Assembly: GCA_038243585.1 (NCBI GenBank)
Contig: JBBSQY010000002.1
Coordinates: 1-64,000, forward strand
Source: Candidatus Sumerlaeales bacterium
GTDB lineage: Bacteria; Sumerlaeota; Sumerlaeia; Sumerlaeales; Sumerlaeaceae
DNA length: 64,000 bases
Reading direction: 5' to 3'
The position numbers were made by a program, and so were the translations under genes. Shown in pieces: positions 21,738-32,300 of the stretch. The notes beneath the pieces are model-generated. The model was not told the origin of the DNA and ran no database searches. It saw nothing but the letters and a program-made list of their open reading frames with translations. How positions within the stretch are numbered: position 1 is the stretch's first letter; each line of letters opens with the position of its first letter.

Positions 21738-23276
21738 TCAACTGGGCGGAGGGGCGCTGATGTCGCGGGTCAGGCGCTGGGCGCGGTGGACGCTGAGGGA
21801 GTAGTAGAGCCAGTGGATGTTGTGTTTCCATTTGGTCTCGCGGCTGACGATGGCTTGTGTAATGTCTTTTTTAGAATTGGGTGGAAGGGGAGACGCTATG
21901 ATGGCGGGCACCGCGTCTGCGGAGAGCTGTTTCAGGTATTCCATATCGCCGTCCTGTCCAGAGGTGTGTCTGCGGATGATATCATTGGCGATGATTCCCT
22001 GGATGTTGGGCGTCTGGATCGCGACACTGAAGAGAACCCCGACGGCAAGAGATGCAGGCAGAAAGAACCGGCCGCGACCGATGTGGTTCAGAACGTTTAA
22101 TAGAACGAGGATGCAGGCTAGCAGGATTATGAACGCGCTGACGTAGACACGAAGCTCTGTTAACCCATAATTTGCTGTATAGAGCAGCATGCGCTGGAGA
22201 GCTGAGACGATAATGATTCCGCCGAGGATGGTGATCCCAAGGCAAAGGGCGTTGAGCAGGTTCTTCTGGCGCGGGGTTTCGGTTATTGTGATGTTCATGA
22301 ACAGCATGAGGGTGGGAATTAGCAGGGTCGCCACCCACGCGAGTTCGAAGAAACCGCGGCGCGCGTATTCGCTTAACTGTAATCCCGGAGTGCCGCTTAC
22401 CTGGGATTGTCCGCCGAATAGGTAGGGCAGTTGGATAACGACAAACAGCAGGAACATCGCGGCGAGAAGGGAGAGGGCGGTTGCTGATTCTACGATGCCC
22501 AGTGCGGGAGCCCGCTTGTAGGGGGCGTAATCAGGGGACGCTGTTGGACCGGCGAGGAACGATGCGCTGAACAGGCCCAGGCAGGCGAGGAAAATCCAGA
22601 AAGCTATCCAGAATTGATCGTACAGCATGGGAAGAAACGACGTGAAAATTGTGTTGAAGATGCTGCCGAAACGCAGATCGGCGCTGGAGAAAAGCAATCC
22701 GAATATGAGGAGAAACGGCAGCGATATGCCGATGCCCATTAGCACGCGGGATGATGTAGCGGACGTGGATTGACTGAGACGCATTTTTTGCCAGGGAACT
22801 TCTGTCAGGAAAAGCAGCCAGCCAAAGTAAAGGCGGAATATGACGCGGAGGAGGTCGGCTGTTGTGGCCCAGGCGGTCTTCATCTGGCGGCTGAGGGACG
22901 GACTGCAGGCGAGGGCGGCAAAGCCGATGATCAACAGCGTGTTGACGGTGAAAAGGATATTTGATGCCCGTAGAGCTGTCGCCAATCCGTAGAATACGGC
23001 GAGGCTCGCGCATATTTTTCTCCAGCGCGGAACGTCGGTCAGTATGGATATGCAATACCATCCGGTAAAAAACAGCGCTATGCCAAGGGTTAGGTTAAGA
23101 CCGATTCCTGGGGCATCGCGAAATAACAAACTGCCGGCGATTCCGATAAGCGCCGCCGCGAGAGCAATGGCAAAGTAAAGGCGAGGCGACGGGGCATCTG
23201 GGGATAGCATGTCTTGCAGGCTCCGAGATTTTGACTCGACGGAGTAGAGCGGGGGAGTAATCGTCTGTTCGTTCAT
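21738..23276 (-). CDS. DUF4173/DUF4153 polytopic membrane protein
   Basis: [50 protein letters not shown]. Confidence 0.85.
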   Translation of the reverse strand: MNEQTITPPLYSVESKSRSLQDMLSPDAPSPRLYFAIALAAALIGIAGSLLFRDAPGIGLNLTLGIALFFTGWYCISILTDVPRWRKICASLAVFYGLATALRASNILFTVNTLLIIGFAALACSPSLSRQMKTAWATTADLLRVIFRLYFGWLLFLTEVPWQKMRLSQSTSATSSRVLMGIGISLPFLLIFGLLFSSADLRFGSIFNTIFTSFLPMLYDQFWIAFWIFLACLGLFSASFLAGPTASPDYAPYKRAPALGIVESATALSLLAAMFLLFVVIQLPYLFGGQSQVSGTPGLQLSEYARRGFFELAWVATLLIPTLMLFMNITITETPRQKNLLNALCLGITILGGIIIVSALQRMLLYTANYGLTELRVYVSAFIILLACILVLLNVLNHIGRGRFFLPASLAVGVLFSVAIQTPNIQGIIANDIIRRHTSGQDGDMEYLKQLSADAVPAIIASPLPPNSKKDITQAIVSRETKWKHNIHWLYYSLSVHRAQRLTRDISAPPPS

Positions 23277-24199
23277 TTTGTCACGCTCCGGTTTGTGGCG
23301 GCGGCGGGGATGAGGGTGGTGGACGGTGGTTGAAAGCGCGGGCGAGACGGTTTGTGGGCCTCGGCGGCGATTTCGAGAAGTCGGTGGTGTACCGCGTCAA
23401 TTACAAAATCAGGGACGGAGGTTCCGGCGGTGAGGCCTATGGTATCGTAACGGATGACCCAGCTCGGGTCTATTTCGTCGGCAGAATTTACGCGTCGCGC
23501 CGGGACGCCGGCGTTTTCGGCCAGGCGGACGAGTTGAAGCGTGTTGTTAGAGTGGGGACCGCCGACGACTATTATGGCGTCGCATTTTGGCAGGAGTTCG
23601 AGCATCGCGGCCTGGCGGTCCCGGGTGGGGCGGCAGATGGTGTTGAACAATCGAACTTCGCTGGCGGGGTTTGCGATGCGCAGGGCGTCTGTGATGGCTT
23701 CGGCCGTGGTCGGTTGGAGGGTGGTCTGGCATACTATCCCGATGCGGGGATGGGGTAGCAGTACGGCTTCGGCGGGAGATTCAATGATGGTAAATTCCGG
23801 AAGGTCGCCGGTGAAGCCCTGTACTTCAACGTGGCCGCGCTTGCCGGCGACCACCACGTGCCAGCCTTTGTCATAAGCCTGGAGAGCGGTATCGTGGGCC
23901 CGGCGGACAAGAGGGCAGGTGGTGTCGATGATTTCTTTCCCAGCGTTCGACAGCTTTTTCCGCTCGCTGTTGCTTACCCCGTGGGCGGTGATCATGACGG
24001 TCCGTGTCGGGGGTATTTGTCGCCCAACTTCAGACTGGCTGGCAAAGCCTCTGGCGGCGAGGCGGCTGCTTACCTGTTCATTGTGAACCAGTTCTCCGTA
24101 GATGGTTACATCGGGGGGATGGCAGACTGTTTCGGTTAGAGCGATGGCGTCGCGTACGCCAAAACACATTCCCATGGCCTCGGCTCGGATAACACGCAT
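23273..24199 (-). CDS. ispH: 4-hydroxy-3-methylbut-2-enyl diphosphate reductase
   Basis: MGMCFGV, LVHN, TAHG, DTTCPLV, GHVEV, TICRPT, SNN, TAGTS; all three Fe-S cysteines present. Confidence 0.93.
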   Translation of the reverse strand: MRVIRAEAMGMCFGVRDAIALTETVCHPPDVTIYGELVHNEQVSSRLAARGFASQSEVGRQIPPTRTVMITAHGVSNSERKKLSNAGKEIIDTTCPLVRRAHDTALQAYDKGWHVVVAGKRGHVEVQGFTGDLPEFTIIESPAEAVLLPHPRIGIVCQTTLQPTTAEAITDALRIANPASEVRLFNTICRPTRDRQAAMLELLPKCDAIIVVGGPHSNNTLQLVRLAENAGVPARRVNSADEIDPSWVIRYDTIGLTAGTSVPDFVIDAVHHRLLEIAAEAHKPSRPRFQPPSTTLIPAAATNRSVTK

Positions 24200-24246
24200 A
24201 ATACTTCCCTTTCTTCGGGGATATCATAATGGTTGTTATCGCAATG

Positions 24247-24265
24247 TACTTTGCAATGCAAAGTA
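24247..24265. promoter_or_regulatory. Palindromic operator upstream of ispH
   Basis: TACTTTGCA-A-TGCAAAGTA perfect palindrome; its ACTTT-N7-AAAGT core is repeated at 25374. Confidence 0.75.
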
Positions 24266-24297
24266 TTATTTAGGGCCAAGTTTAAAAATATGTTTTA

Positions 24298-24732
24298 TTA
24301 AGCGGACACCCAGTCTCCCGGTAGTTTTGGCGCTTTGCTCGCGCTCTTTTCATCGCCGGTCTGTTTCTCCCTGGCGTCTTTTATCACCTGTTCCAGCTCC
24401 TGCAGGTACTCTGCGAACTTCTGCCTGCCCTGCTTTGTGATGCGGCACAAGGTCTGTGGCTTTTTCTTGTCGTAGCCTTTCCATATCTCAATCAGACCGG
24501 CATCGCGCAGCACATCCAGGTGTCGGCTCAGGTTGCCGTCGGTCAGCAGCGTGAGGCGCTTGAGATCGCCAAAGAGCAACCCATCGCTATGACTGATTAA
24601 TGAGGTCATAATTGCTAGGCGGCCCTTTTCGTGCATGGCGCGATCAAGACCTTCGTAGGCGAAGCGGCCATCTTCGGGAGGCGCTGATTCCGGCGTGGTT
24701 TTTGCCGAGTTTGAGGTTGGTTTTGTGGTCAT
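24298..24732 (-). CDS. Winged-helix transcriptional regulator (ArsR/MarR-like, HTH_34 type)
   Basis: LDRAMHEKGRLAIMTSL, FGDLK..LTDGNLSRHL..L..AGLI, TKQGRQKF. Start overlaps the upstream stop (ATGA). Confidence 0.88.
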   Translation of the reverse strand: MTTKPTSNSAKTTPESAPPEDGRFAYEGLDRAMHEKGRLAIMTSLISHSDGLLFGDLKRLTLLTDGNLSRHLDVLRDAGLIEIWKGYDKKKPQTLCRITKQGRQKFAEYLQELEQVIKDAREKQTGDEKSASKAPKLPGDWVSA

Positions 24733-25337
24733 GTTACAAGGCGCCTTTCCAGGTTTAAATAGAGAATACCAGCACCCGCGCACTGGCCGATCACGAAGAC
24801 CCATGCTAGCGCCCAGGCGGGTTGCGTTGGATCGGTGGGGTTTAGAAGCAGCCATGAACCGGCGGTGAGGTAATACAAGGCGACCCAGCCGGTGGCCCTT
24901 GGCAGAAACGGTCGGGACGAGAATATCCCAAGGCTGAAAATGATGGTCCATAGACCGGGCAGCAGGGGAACCGCCTGTGGGATAGCGCCGGCGACGCCTG
25001 CTCCGATGAGACCGCCGGCGGCCAGGCACGGCGCAAACTGTCCCCACACATAAAGGGTCTGGCGTCGCTCAAACCAGTCCTGTCGCAAAAAATGCAGCAG
25101 CACGGCCGATGCAGCGATTACGGCGCAAAGGCCCGCAACGATCAGCCAATACCAGGCGAAGGCCCGAGGGTCGTTTGCCGGCACCCAGGCGGGTTGAGCC
25201 CACGCGGCCAGCAGCCCGCCCATGGCGGATACGGCGACCGGAACGGGACGATATCCACGGTACAATTGGCCACGTGACATATGGCTGTGGATTTCGTTGA
25301 TCTGCTCCAGGGCAGCAGACAGGTTTGCATCGGGCAT
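24729..25337 (-). CDS. Multi-TM membrane protein coupled to the wHTH regulator
   Basis: ALEQINEIHSHM N-terminus, about 6 TM helices; translationally coupled to the regulator. Confidence 0.8.
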   Translation of the reverse strand: MPDANLSAALEQINEIHSHMSRGQLYRGYRPVPVAVSAMGGLLAAWAQPAWVPANDPRAFAWYWLIVAGLCAVIAASAVLLHFLRQDWFERRQTLYVWGQFAPCLAAGGLIGAGVAGAIPQAVPLLPGLWTIIFSLGIFSSRPFLPRATGWVALYYLTAGSWLLLNPTDPTQPAWALAWVFVIGQCAGAGILYLNLERRLVT

Positions 25338-25373
25338 TGCAACTTCTCCAGCGATTGTCGAGCATCAGTGTTC

Positions 25374-25390
25374 ACTTTATAAAGCAAAGT
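25374..25390. promoter_or_regulatory. Second ACTTT-N7-AAAGT operator
   Basis: ACTTTATAAAGCAAAGT, 36 nt upstream of the membrane-protein start. Confidence 0.7.
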
Positions 25391-25620
25391 AACATCTGAA
25401 TCTACGAGTATTCTTATGCCATGGACGGCGCTGTTTGTGGCCTGCTTAGGGAGGTAACCGCTTAATAGAGTTTAGGAAATGTAATGCCAATAAAAACTGG
25501 TTTGTCTGCTGTGGGATTATTTTATTTAATCCATAAGAGAATTGCCTTGCAACTCCCCCTTGCTCTGGACCTGCATGGTGCCTCGGGAAAAACAGCTAGC
25601 TTCAATAGAAAAGGAAAATC

Positions 25621-25968
25621 ATGCCAATACCTAATTTCAATGCATTTGTAAAGAAGCTACCTTTGGACGAACTGCAAAAAGAAATAGTTGAACTTTCTCA
25701 TGATCCTACTGGTGTCAGTGTCAGCTCATCGAATGTGATTTCGTTACTCATTGTTGCAAATCAGCTCAAAGAAGCTTCTGAAGGTCTTCGACAAATGGAC
25801 AAAAATCTCCAAGCGCAAATAGTTGCCATGGGAAATGCTCAGGACCAATGGCAGGCATCAGCCGCCAAGATTTCAAAAAGCCTGGCACTCGCAACCTGGG
25901 CACTTGTTGTGGTGACTGGCATTCTCTGTCTGATTACGCTGCTTTCTGTATCTATGAGTTTCGGATAA
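25621..25968 (+). CDS. Hypothetical coiled-coil protein with C-terminal TM helix
   Basis: RBS AAGGA; heptad-like middle; hydrophobic C-terminus. Confidence 0.65.
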   Translation: MPIPNFNAFVKKLPLDELQKEIVELSHDPTGVSVSSSNVISLLIVANQLKEASEGLRQMDKNLQAQIVAMGNAQDQWQASAAKISKSLALATWALVVVTGILCLITLLSVSMSFG

Positions 25969-25973
25969 CACCA

Positions 25974-26633
25974 ATGGCCAATTTCCCAAATCCACTCCAG
26001 AGACTTACTATTGCCGGTGCTGCTGTTGCCTTGGTAACATTGGCATTCTTTCCACCGTGGCACCATCAAATAAAATCAGGCCGTGAGAATTTTATCGGAT
26101 TCCATTTTTTGATTCAACCAGGGAAGGCAGTAAGCGGAACAGCTCCCGTGAGTATTGACCAATTTTCACTGTTGGCTTGCGCCGCCATTATCCTTACCAT
26201 TGCTGCTGTGTTCCTGTTGCTCTTCCATGGCCTTGCCTGGAATCCTTTTAAAACAGCGGGGGCATTTATCAGGCATAAAGTCACAATCGCGCTCCTGGTC
26301 ATCTGCTTTTTGGTCTGTGCTGTCTACCTTGGCTTTAGAGAGTACCGCATTGCCGGGGAGGTAGCAACATATAATAAGGCAGTGGTAGAATGGCAGAAAA
26401 GGGTTGAATCAGGCAAGGAAACAGACCCTAGATTGCTAGACGCCCCTATAATGGATTCTCTTTTTGCAGATAACCCCATTCTTTCTGTTTTGGGGTTGGC
26501 CAAAAGCCCTTATATGCTGATTCCTAATGAAGGGATATTGTGGAGAAAAGCAGAGGCACAGCAGGACAGACTAAAAGCGGCTAAACCTCTATCCCATACG
26601 CAAATTTACTCTCTCCCGGATAAGCCACAGTAA
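25974..26633 (+). CDS. Hypothetical membrane protein
   Basis: ATG 5 nt after the upstream stop; three hydrophobic segments, FFPPW motif. Confidence 0.65.
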   Translation: MANFPNPLQRLTIAGAAVALVTLAFFPPWHHQIKSGRENFIGFHFLIQPGKAVSGTAPVSIDQFSLLACAAIILTIAAVFLLLFHGLAWNPFKTAGAFIRHKVTIALLVICFLVCAVYLGFREYRIAGEVATYNKAVVEWQKRVESGKETDPRLLDAPIMDSLFADNPILSVLGLAKSPYMLIPNEGILWRKAEAQQDRLKAAKPLSHTQIYSLPDKPQ

Positions 26634-26713
26634 AAGCCATAGCCTGCAATCGCTGTTCCAAAGCCATTTTTATCAGCTTAAAGTCAGTTTTAAGACATCT
26701 GGAGATAAACACC

Positions 26714-27463
26714 ATGGAAAATGAAAGCCCAATAGAGTTTCCTTTTACCACAGAAGTGCAACCGGAAGGGAGTTCAAATACAGAGGCTGTTCTGCATATC
26801 AATTTCCCGGAAGGAACATTTCCCCATGAGCCAGAGCCATGGGTTTCAGGTGAGCTTGAAGACCTGACAAACCTGATTACGGTTGAAAACACCCTCGGCC
26901 AGCCCCAGTTTTTTGACCCTGTAAACAGAATAGACGTTTGGCACCATGTTGATAAAAAAGCCAGAGAATGGAACTCTGCCGCATACCTGGCTCATGACTA
27001 CGCAATTGCCAAGAGTGCAGAGAGCCTTGAACTAGCCCACGCGAAGATCTTGGCCTTGAAAACAGCCATAGAAAAACGGTTTCCAGGATACAGCCAAAGC
27101 AGCAGTATTGCCGATATTGACGCCAACATCAGAAAAGCCATCTACTCTACCGGCATTGACGACAGCAGAGGCAGATTAACTACCGGTTACGTTCAGGACT
27201 ACAATGCAATGGACCAGCCTTTCGACCTTGCCGACAGTTTCTTGAGAATCCCTGCTGAATATGAACATGTTTTTAAAAAGCCTGGTCTATGCCTTGGCCT
27301 GAACAGGAAAAGAATTTCCCCGTTTTACAAATCCCGCATTCGTGAGGCTGTCTGCCTGTCAGCTGTCGAATCCCTTGGCATGAACTTGGAAGAGGCGTTT
27401 ACTATTTATGACAACGTGCATGGCAGTTTTAGAGATTCCGAAAAAACGCCATTTTGCTTATAA
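26714..27463 (+). CDS. Hypothetical soluble protein
   Basis: 249-codon ORF with RBS GGAG; no family recognised. Confidence 0.65.
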   Translation: MENESPIEFPFTTEVQPEGSSNTEAVLHINFPEGTFPHEPEPWVSGELEDLTNLITVENTLGQPQFFDPVNRIDVWHHVDKKAREWNSAAYLAHDYAIAKSAESLELAHAKILALKTAIEKRFPGYSQSSSIADIDANIRKAIYSTGIDDSRGRLTTGYVQDYNAMDQPFDLADSFLRIPAEYEHVFKKPGLCLGLNRKRISPFYKSRIREAVCLSAVESLGMNLEEAFTIYDNVHGSFRDSEKTPFCL

Positions 27464-27556
27464 TAACCAGACATGACCGGAAAGAAAGCTGGTTTAAAAG
27501 CAAGGCCTATAACATTATTGCCAGTCAACAGTTAAGACCAAAGCCACGCCTACAGC

Positions 27557-28210
27557 CTATTTTATCAGCTCTGTAATTTCAATCTTATATTTTCCATCGA
27601 CCAAATTCTGCTGCGTGATTTTTAGACATTCCCCGCAATACATTGTAGTTAGTCCCATGTCCTGCGTTCCCATATAATAAGCTTTTATATCAACAGGGAC
27701 GACGAAATTATTGCCGGTCAGCTTTGGGCATCTTACGGCATGGAGGGAGCTTGTAGTCATATTCGCATTCGGAAAATAGGTATTAGCTACAACGCCCAAA
27801 TTCCCACTATCTGCTAATTGCTGAATAGCGGCAAGGGGGTAATATTGCTGCCCAATTCTGAGCATATTGGCATTATTTATAAATTCGATTTTGCCATGGT
27901 CCACAGTCGTTCCTGCCAAAGGGTCCGGGTCAAACTCTGAAACATTTGGTTCCGACAGTGGGGGTTTTTCTGGCAGTGCACCTGTCATCTTATCTGCATT
28001 TGCCTTTGCAGCTTTTTCTGCTTCTACTGCCGCAATACCTATCGTCCCCACGGTGCAGGCCGCGCATCCGCCAAACACTAAAGCAAAAACTAAGATACCC
28101 GCAAAGAAAAGCCCAAGCCCTACCATACAACCTGTTTTAAAAGCCTGCCTACCACTCATTGAAACATTTGTGTGGTTCTGGTGCGGTGGTGGTGTCTGTG
28201 GCATGGTCAT
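27557..28210 (-). CDS. Hypothetical membrane-anchored protein with a putative H/C metal-binding motif
   Basis: N-terminal TM helix; C-terminal H-x3-C...C-x2-C (LHAVRCPKL...YCGEC). Confidence 0.65.
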   Translation of the reverse strand: MTMPQTPPPHQNHTNVSMSGRQAFKTGCMVGLGLFFAGILVFALVFGGCAACTVGTIGIAAVEAEKAAKANADKMTGALPEKPPLSEPNVSEFDPDPLAGTTVDHGKIEFINNANMLRIGQQYYPLAAIQQLADSGNLGVVANTYFPNANMTTSSLHAVRCPKLTGNNFVVPVDIKAYYMGTQDMGLTTMYCGECLKITQQNLVDGKYKIEITELIK

Positions 28211-28632
28211 CGGGGAGTAGTCCTGTTTTTATTTACCGTTACACTAGCCTGTTGCGAGTCGCTGTCAATCAGGATTTCCCCACGTTACTTGCCAGAAACA
28301 ATGCCGGTCTCAATTCCAGTCTGACGCTTTCCTTCCAGGCTTACAGCCGGCTACAATGCCTTGCCCGAGCTCGTTACCTGCTAGAATTAGCTTTCACTTA
28401 CATTGCCGGACGTCTTAAAATGGCTGATTTTGGCAGGAACTAAGCCCCATTTTTAATTCTCTCGCTCCAGATTGCTACTAGTGCAGTGCAGGCTAAATCT
28501 GGTAGCTGTGAGTGATGTAAGAGGTATATTACTGGTTTTATTGCGCTTGCAGTTGAGATCAAGGGACTTCGCCATTCCAATAAAAAAACCGTCTAAGGCC
28601 TTTTGTAGTAAGGGCATAGACGGTTAAATTTC

Positions 28633-28709
28633 TGGTGCACCCGGCAGGATTCGAACCTGCGACCTCTAGCTCCGGAGGCTAGCGCTCTATCCAGCTGAGC
28701 TACGGGTGC
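28633..28709 (-). tRNA. tRNA-Arg(CCG)
   Basis: Reverse complement GCACCCGTAGCTCAGCTGGATAGAGCGCTAGCCTCCGGAGCTAG...GGGTGCACCA. Confidence 0.97.
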
Positions 28710-28863
28710 ACTCGGGCGCGCCGCTGAAAGTGGCGACGCGGATTTGGTCTACAGTGTCTGGTTGGGTTTGTTCTGTCGGCGCTCTGGCCGGGTCTTATGG
28801 GTAATTTCTCCGGTTGCACGGTTTTTGCTCCCTCTGTTAGCATATCGACCAGGAGTCAAAATT

Positions 28864-29187
28864 ATGACAAACAGTAATAATGAAAAAAAAGAAGGCGTGC
28901 AGGTTTATCCGGAGATAAAGCCGGTGACGGTGACGGATGTCGCTATGGGTGGCACGGAAACCCCGTCGGACGTGATGACGGGCGGCGGCAAGGTTAAATC
29001 AGCCGCAGGCGTCAGCGAAGGAATTGATGATTCGGCCGCTGACAAGATTACGGGTTCCGCCGGAGGTTCTAAAATGGGTATGGCAAAGTCGGACAAATTG
29101 CCGGAGCCGGATATCGGCACAATAACTTCTACAGATGGCAGCCGGTCTAAGCCTCATGCAAAGCCTGCTGATAAAAATAAAGATTAA
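28864..29187 (+). CDS. Small hydrophilic, probably disordered protein
   Basis: RBS AGGAG before ATG 28864; G/S/D/K/T-rich. Confidence 0.65.
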   Translation: MTNSNNEKKEGVQVYPEIKPVTVTDVAMGGTETPSDVMTGGGKVKSAAGVSEGIDDSAADKITGSAGGSKMGMAKSDKLPEPDIGTITSTDGSRSKPHAKPADKNKD

Positions 29188-29343
29188 CAGGTTCCGCAAA
29201 GCGGTTCCAGTGGAAGAGTGAGGATGTAATTTGTAATTCCTGATTCTGTTTCGTAGTGAACCGGATTACATGGCCGCCGGGGCATTCGATTGCGGTTCTC
29301 GAATGCCCCGAAGGCTTATCCTGCTGGCGCGGTCTATGTTGGA

Positions 29344-32300
29344 TTAGGGGAATCTGTTATCGATTTTCTCCACGTTTAATGTCGGTGATCCAAGGCTCAT
29401 GTCTACAGAACCTTCCAAAAGATATGGGCCTGTGCCGAGGGTTCGGGGGGCGAAGCGTTCATAAACCCGTGGGAAGAGGACAGCCTCAAAGGTGGCCGTC
29501 TGGTCTTCCATGGTAAGCATTTTCATGGTGCGTCCTGAGTTGCGCGTTGCCAGCAGTTTGGCGGCGATGCACAGGCCGGCCATGCGGATGCGTTTTTTTT
29601 CGTGGAGACGGATGTCACGGCCGGGGATGACGCCAGATGGGATCCGTACAAGGTCCAGAGGATGCGCGCTGAGAGGAAAGCCCAGGGTTTCCATTTCGTA
29701 GGCGAAGAGTTCATGACGCGTGAAGGGTGCCGGCGGGCTGTGAGAGGGGAGAGCGGCAGGTTTTTCCCGAAAGGAAAAGGATTCAAAAAAGGCGTCGGCA
29801 GGAAAGAGACTGTCGGTGCTGGTGGAGGGGTGCTTTAGGCAGGTGGCCAGTTGCAGGAGCATCGCGGGGCGGATGTGGGCGGGGTCGTTTGATGAAGAGG
29901 AGGCGAGGGAGTCCAGGGTGCCGGCTTTGATGAGGGTGCGGCATTCTTCCGAGCCAAGAGCGGTGCGCTGGAGGAAGTTCTTGAGAGAAAGATAAGGTCC
30001 GCTTTTCTGGCGTTCATTAAGGATTTTTTCGCGAGAGTGAGTCGTGAGGTTCTGGATGGCGAGGAGGCCAACGCGGAGGTGGCCGAGAGGCGGACGGCTC
30101 GGCGAGCCGTCCCTACCAGTTGTGCCGGTGTAGTCGTATTGACTTTCGTTTACGCAGGGGCCTTGAATCTCTATTCCCCATCGGCGGGCTTCCTGGAGGT
30201 AGGCTCCGGCTCCGTAAAATCCCCCCTGATTTGTGAGAAGCCCTGCGAAGAATTCCGCCGGAAAATGGGCTTTGAGATAGGCGACCTGGTAGGATAGTAC
30301 GGCGAAGGCGGCGCTGTGGCCTTTGCAAAAACTGTAGCCAGCAAAGCTGGCAATCTGCCGCCAGATCTCCAGCGCGTGTATTTCTTCTATGCCATTAGCC
30401 ACCGCTCCTCCCAGGAAGTCTCCTGCGAGTTTTGCGATGTTGTCCTCAGAGCGGTGTTTGCCGCTCATGGCACGGCGCAACAGGTCCGCCTGTCCGAGCG
30501 TGAGCCCGGCAACCTTGTGCGCCACGCGCAATACGTCTTCCTGATAGACCATTACCCCGTGGGTATCCGGCAGGATTTTTTCCATGAGAGGCATAACGGT
30601 GACGGGTGTTTTTCTCATGCCGGGGGCGGCCTTGTGACGGGCTATGTATTCCTGCATCATGCCGCTTTCGGATACGCCGGGGCGGATGATACTGCTGGCG
30701 GCGACGACTTCTTCGTAACTTTTGCAGCGCAGCCGCTCAAACAAGGCGCGCATCCCGGGGCTTTCAATGTAGAAGCAGCCCATGGTGCGGCCTTCATGGA
30801 TCATGGTGTGGGTGGCGGCGTCTGCGGTAATATGGGCAAAGTTGAAGACCTGCTCTTCGATGGTGGCATCGGGGGAGAGGGCGGGGGTGGAATGGTTGGC
30901 GTCGGAGAAATTCTGCAGGACGCCGGCTAGGGCGACGGTGGTGCCGCGGCGGGTGCCGGCCATTTTCATGCGGACGGCTTCGCGCTGAAAGGTTTGGGTG
31001 TTGGCCGGGTGGGTCCGAGGGGCTGGCGGACGGCTCGGCGAGCCGTCCCTACACGGACCTGAATGCTGCTGGTTTTTTTCGGCTTGCGTGATGGCGTCTT
31101 TGAGCACGCCGAGAGAGCGATTGCCGAGGAGGTCAATTTTGATGAGGCCGAGGTCTTCGGCGCTGTACATATCGTATTGCGTGACGGCATAGCCTTTTGC
31201 GCTGCGGGTGAGAGGCACCCAGTCGGTGACAGGGCCGGGCGTGATAACTATGCCGCCGCAGTGGACAGAAAAATGGCGGGGGAAGCCGTGCAGGCGGGTG
31301 GCCAGTTGCAGGATGCCGTGCCAAGGCTCTGTCTTTGATAGATCATGGACTTTTCTGACAGGGCCGCGTCTTGGGTTATTGTCGTCATAGCTCTCTTCCA
31401 TGCGGTAGCCGGTTTCCCTCAGTTTAGAAAACCGGGTCACTTCGCTTTCAGAAACCCCATAGGCCTTGGCCACTTCGCGAAGTGACTGGCGGGAGCGAAA
31501 GGTCTGGATGGTGGAGATAAGGGCGACGTGATCCTGACCGAAAAACTCGAAACACCACTGGATGATTTCGTCCCGCTCCTTCCAGGAAAAGTCTATGTCG
31601 ATATCGGGCGGCACGCTCCGTTCCGGGTTGAGAAAACGTTCAAAGTAAAGGTCATGTTTTATGGGACAGACGTTGGTGATGCCGAGGGAATAGCTGACGA
31701 TGCTGTTGGCGGCGCTACCCCTTCCAACTATGAAAAAATTCCGTCTGCGGGCCTGGGCCACAATCCGCTCGACCAGCAGAAAATAGTCTGTAAAATGGTT
31801 GCTGTCGATGACTCCGAGTTCGTAGTCGGCGCGCTGGATAACTTCAGGAGGTAATGGATCGCCGTAGCGCCAGACGAGGCCTTTGTACACCAGGTCGCGC
31901 AGCATTTTCGCGGGCGCGATGGGGGTGTCCGTCAGACGGGGAAATTTCCAGATGCCGAGGGGCAGTTCGCAATGGCACTGGTCGGCGATATGGCAGGTGT
32001 TATCAAAAGCAAGAGCCAGGGCGTTATGCAGGTGGTCGGTATCATCGTGGACTTGATGCGCGTCCAGTCCGAAAAACGCGCGAATGGCATCCGGGTGCTG
32101 GAAATGCTGGGCCGGATCCATACGATCTTTGGGGGCGATATGATCTACGGTCGCCAGATGGCGCATAGCCTGAAGTAGTGTGTGAAAGGGAACGTCTTTC
32201 GGGGTTGCCAGTTTTACGTCGCAGGTAATAACCATGGGGAGGGCCAGGCGCAGGGCACATTCATAGGTCGCGCGGTTCTGGAGACGTCGCCTGCGAGAGG

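Noticed and set aside
21652..21831. 60-aa N-terminal extension of IlvD in the ORF track
   Set aside because: Overlaps the DUF4173 gene; the canonical start is MPKYRS at 21651.
24733..25047. Extended N-terminus of the wHTH regulator
   Set aside because: Lies inside the upstream membrane gene; the ATGA-coupled start at 24732 fits better.
25400..25620. attR duplicate of the tRNA-Arg 3' end
   Set aside because: Only a trivial TGGTGC match was found; no convincing direct repeat.
30840..31080. Possible intein in the DnaE2 insertion (also checked DnaB)
   Set aside because: Too short; no C/S start with an HN-C/S/T end and no LAGLIDADG motifs.
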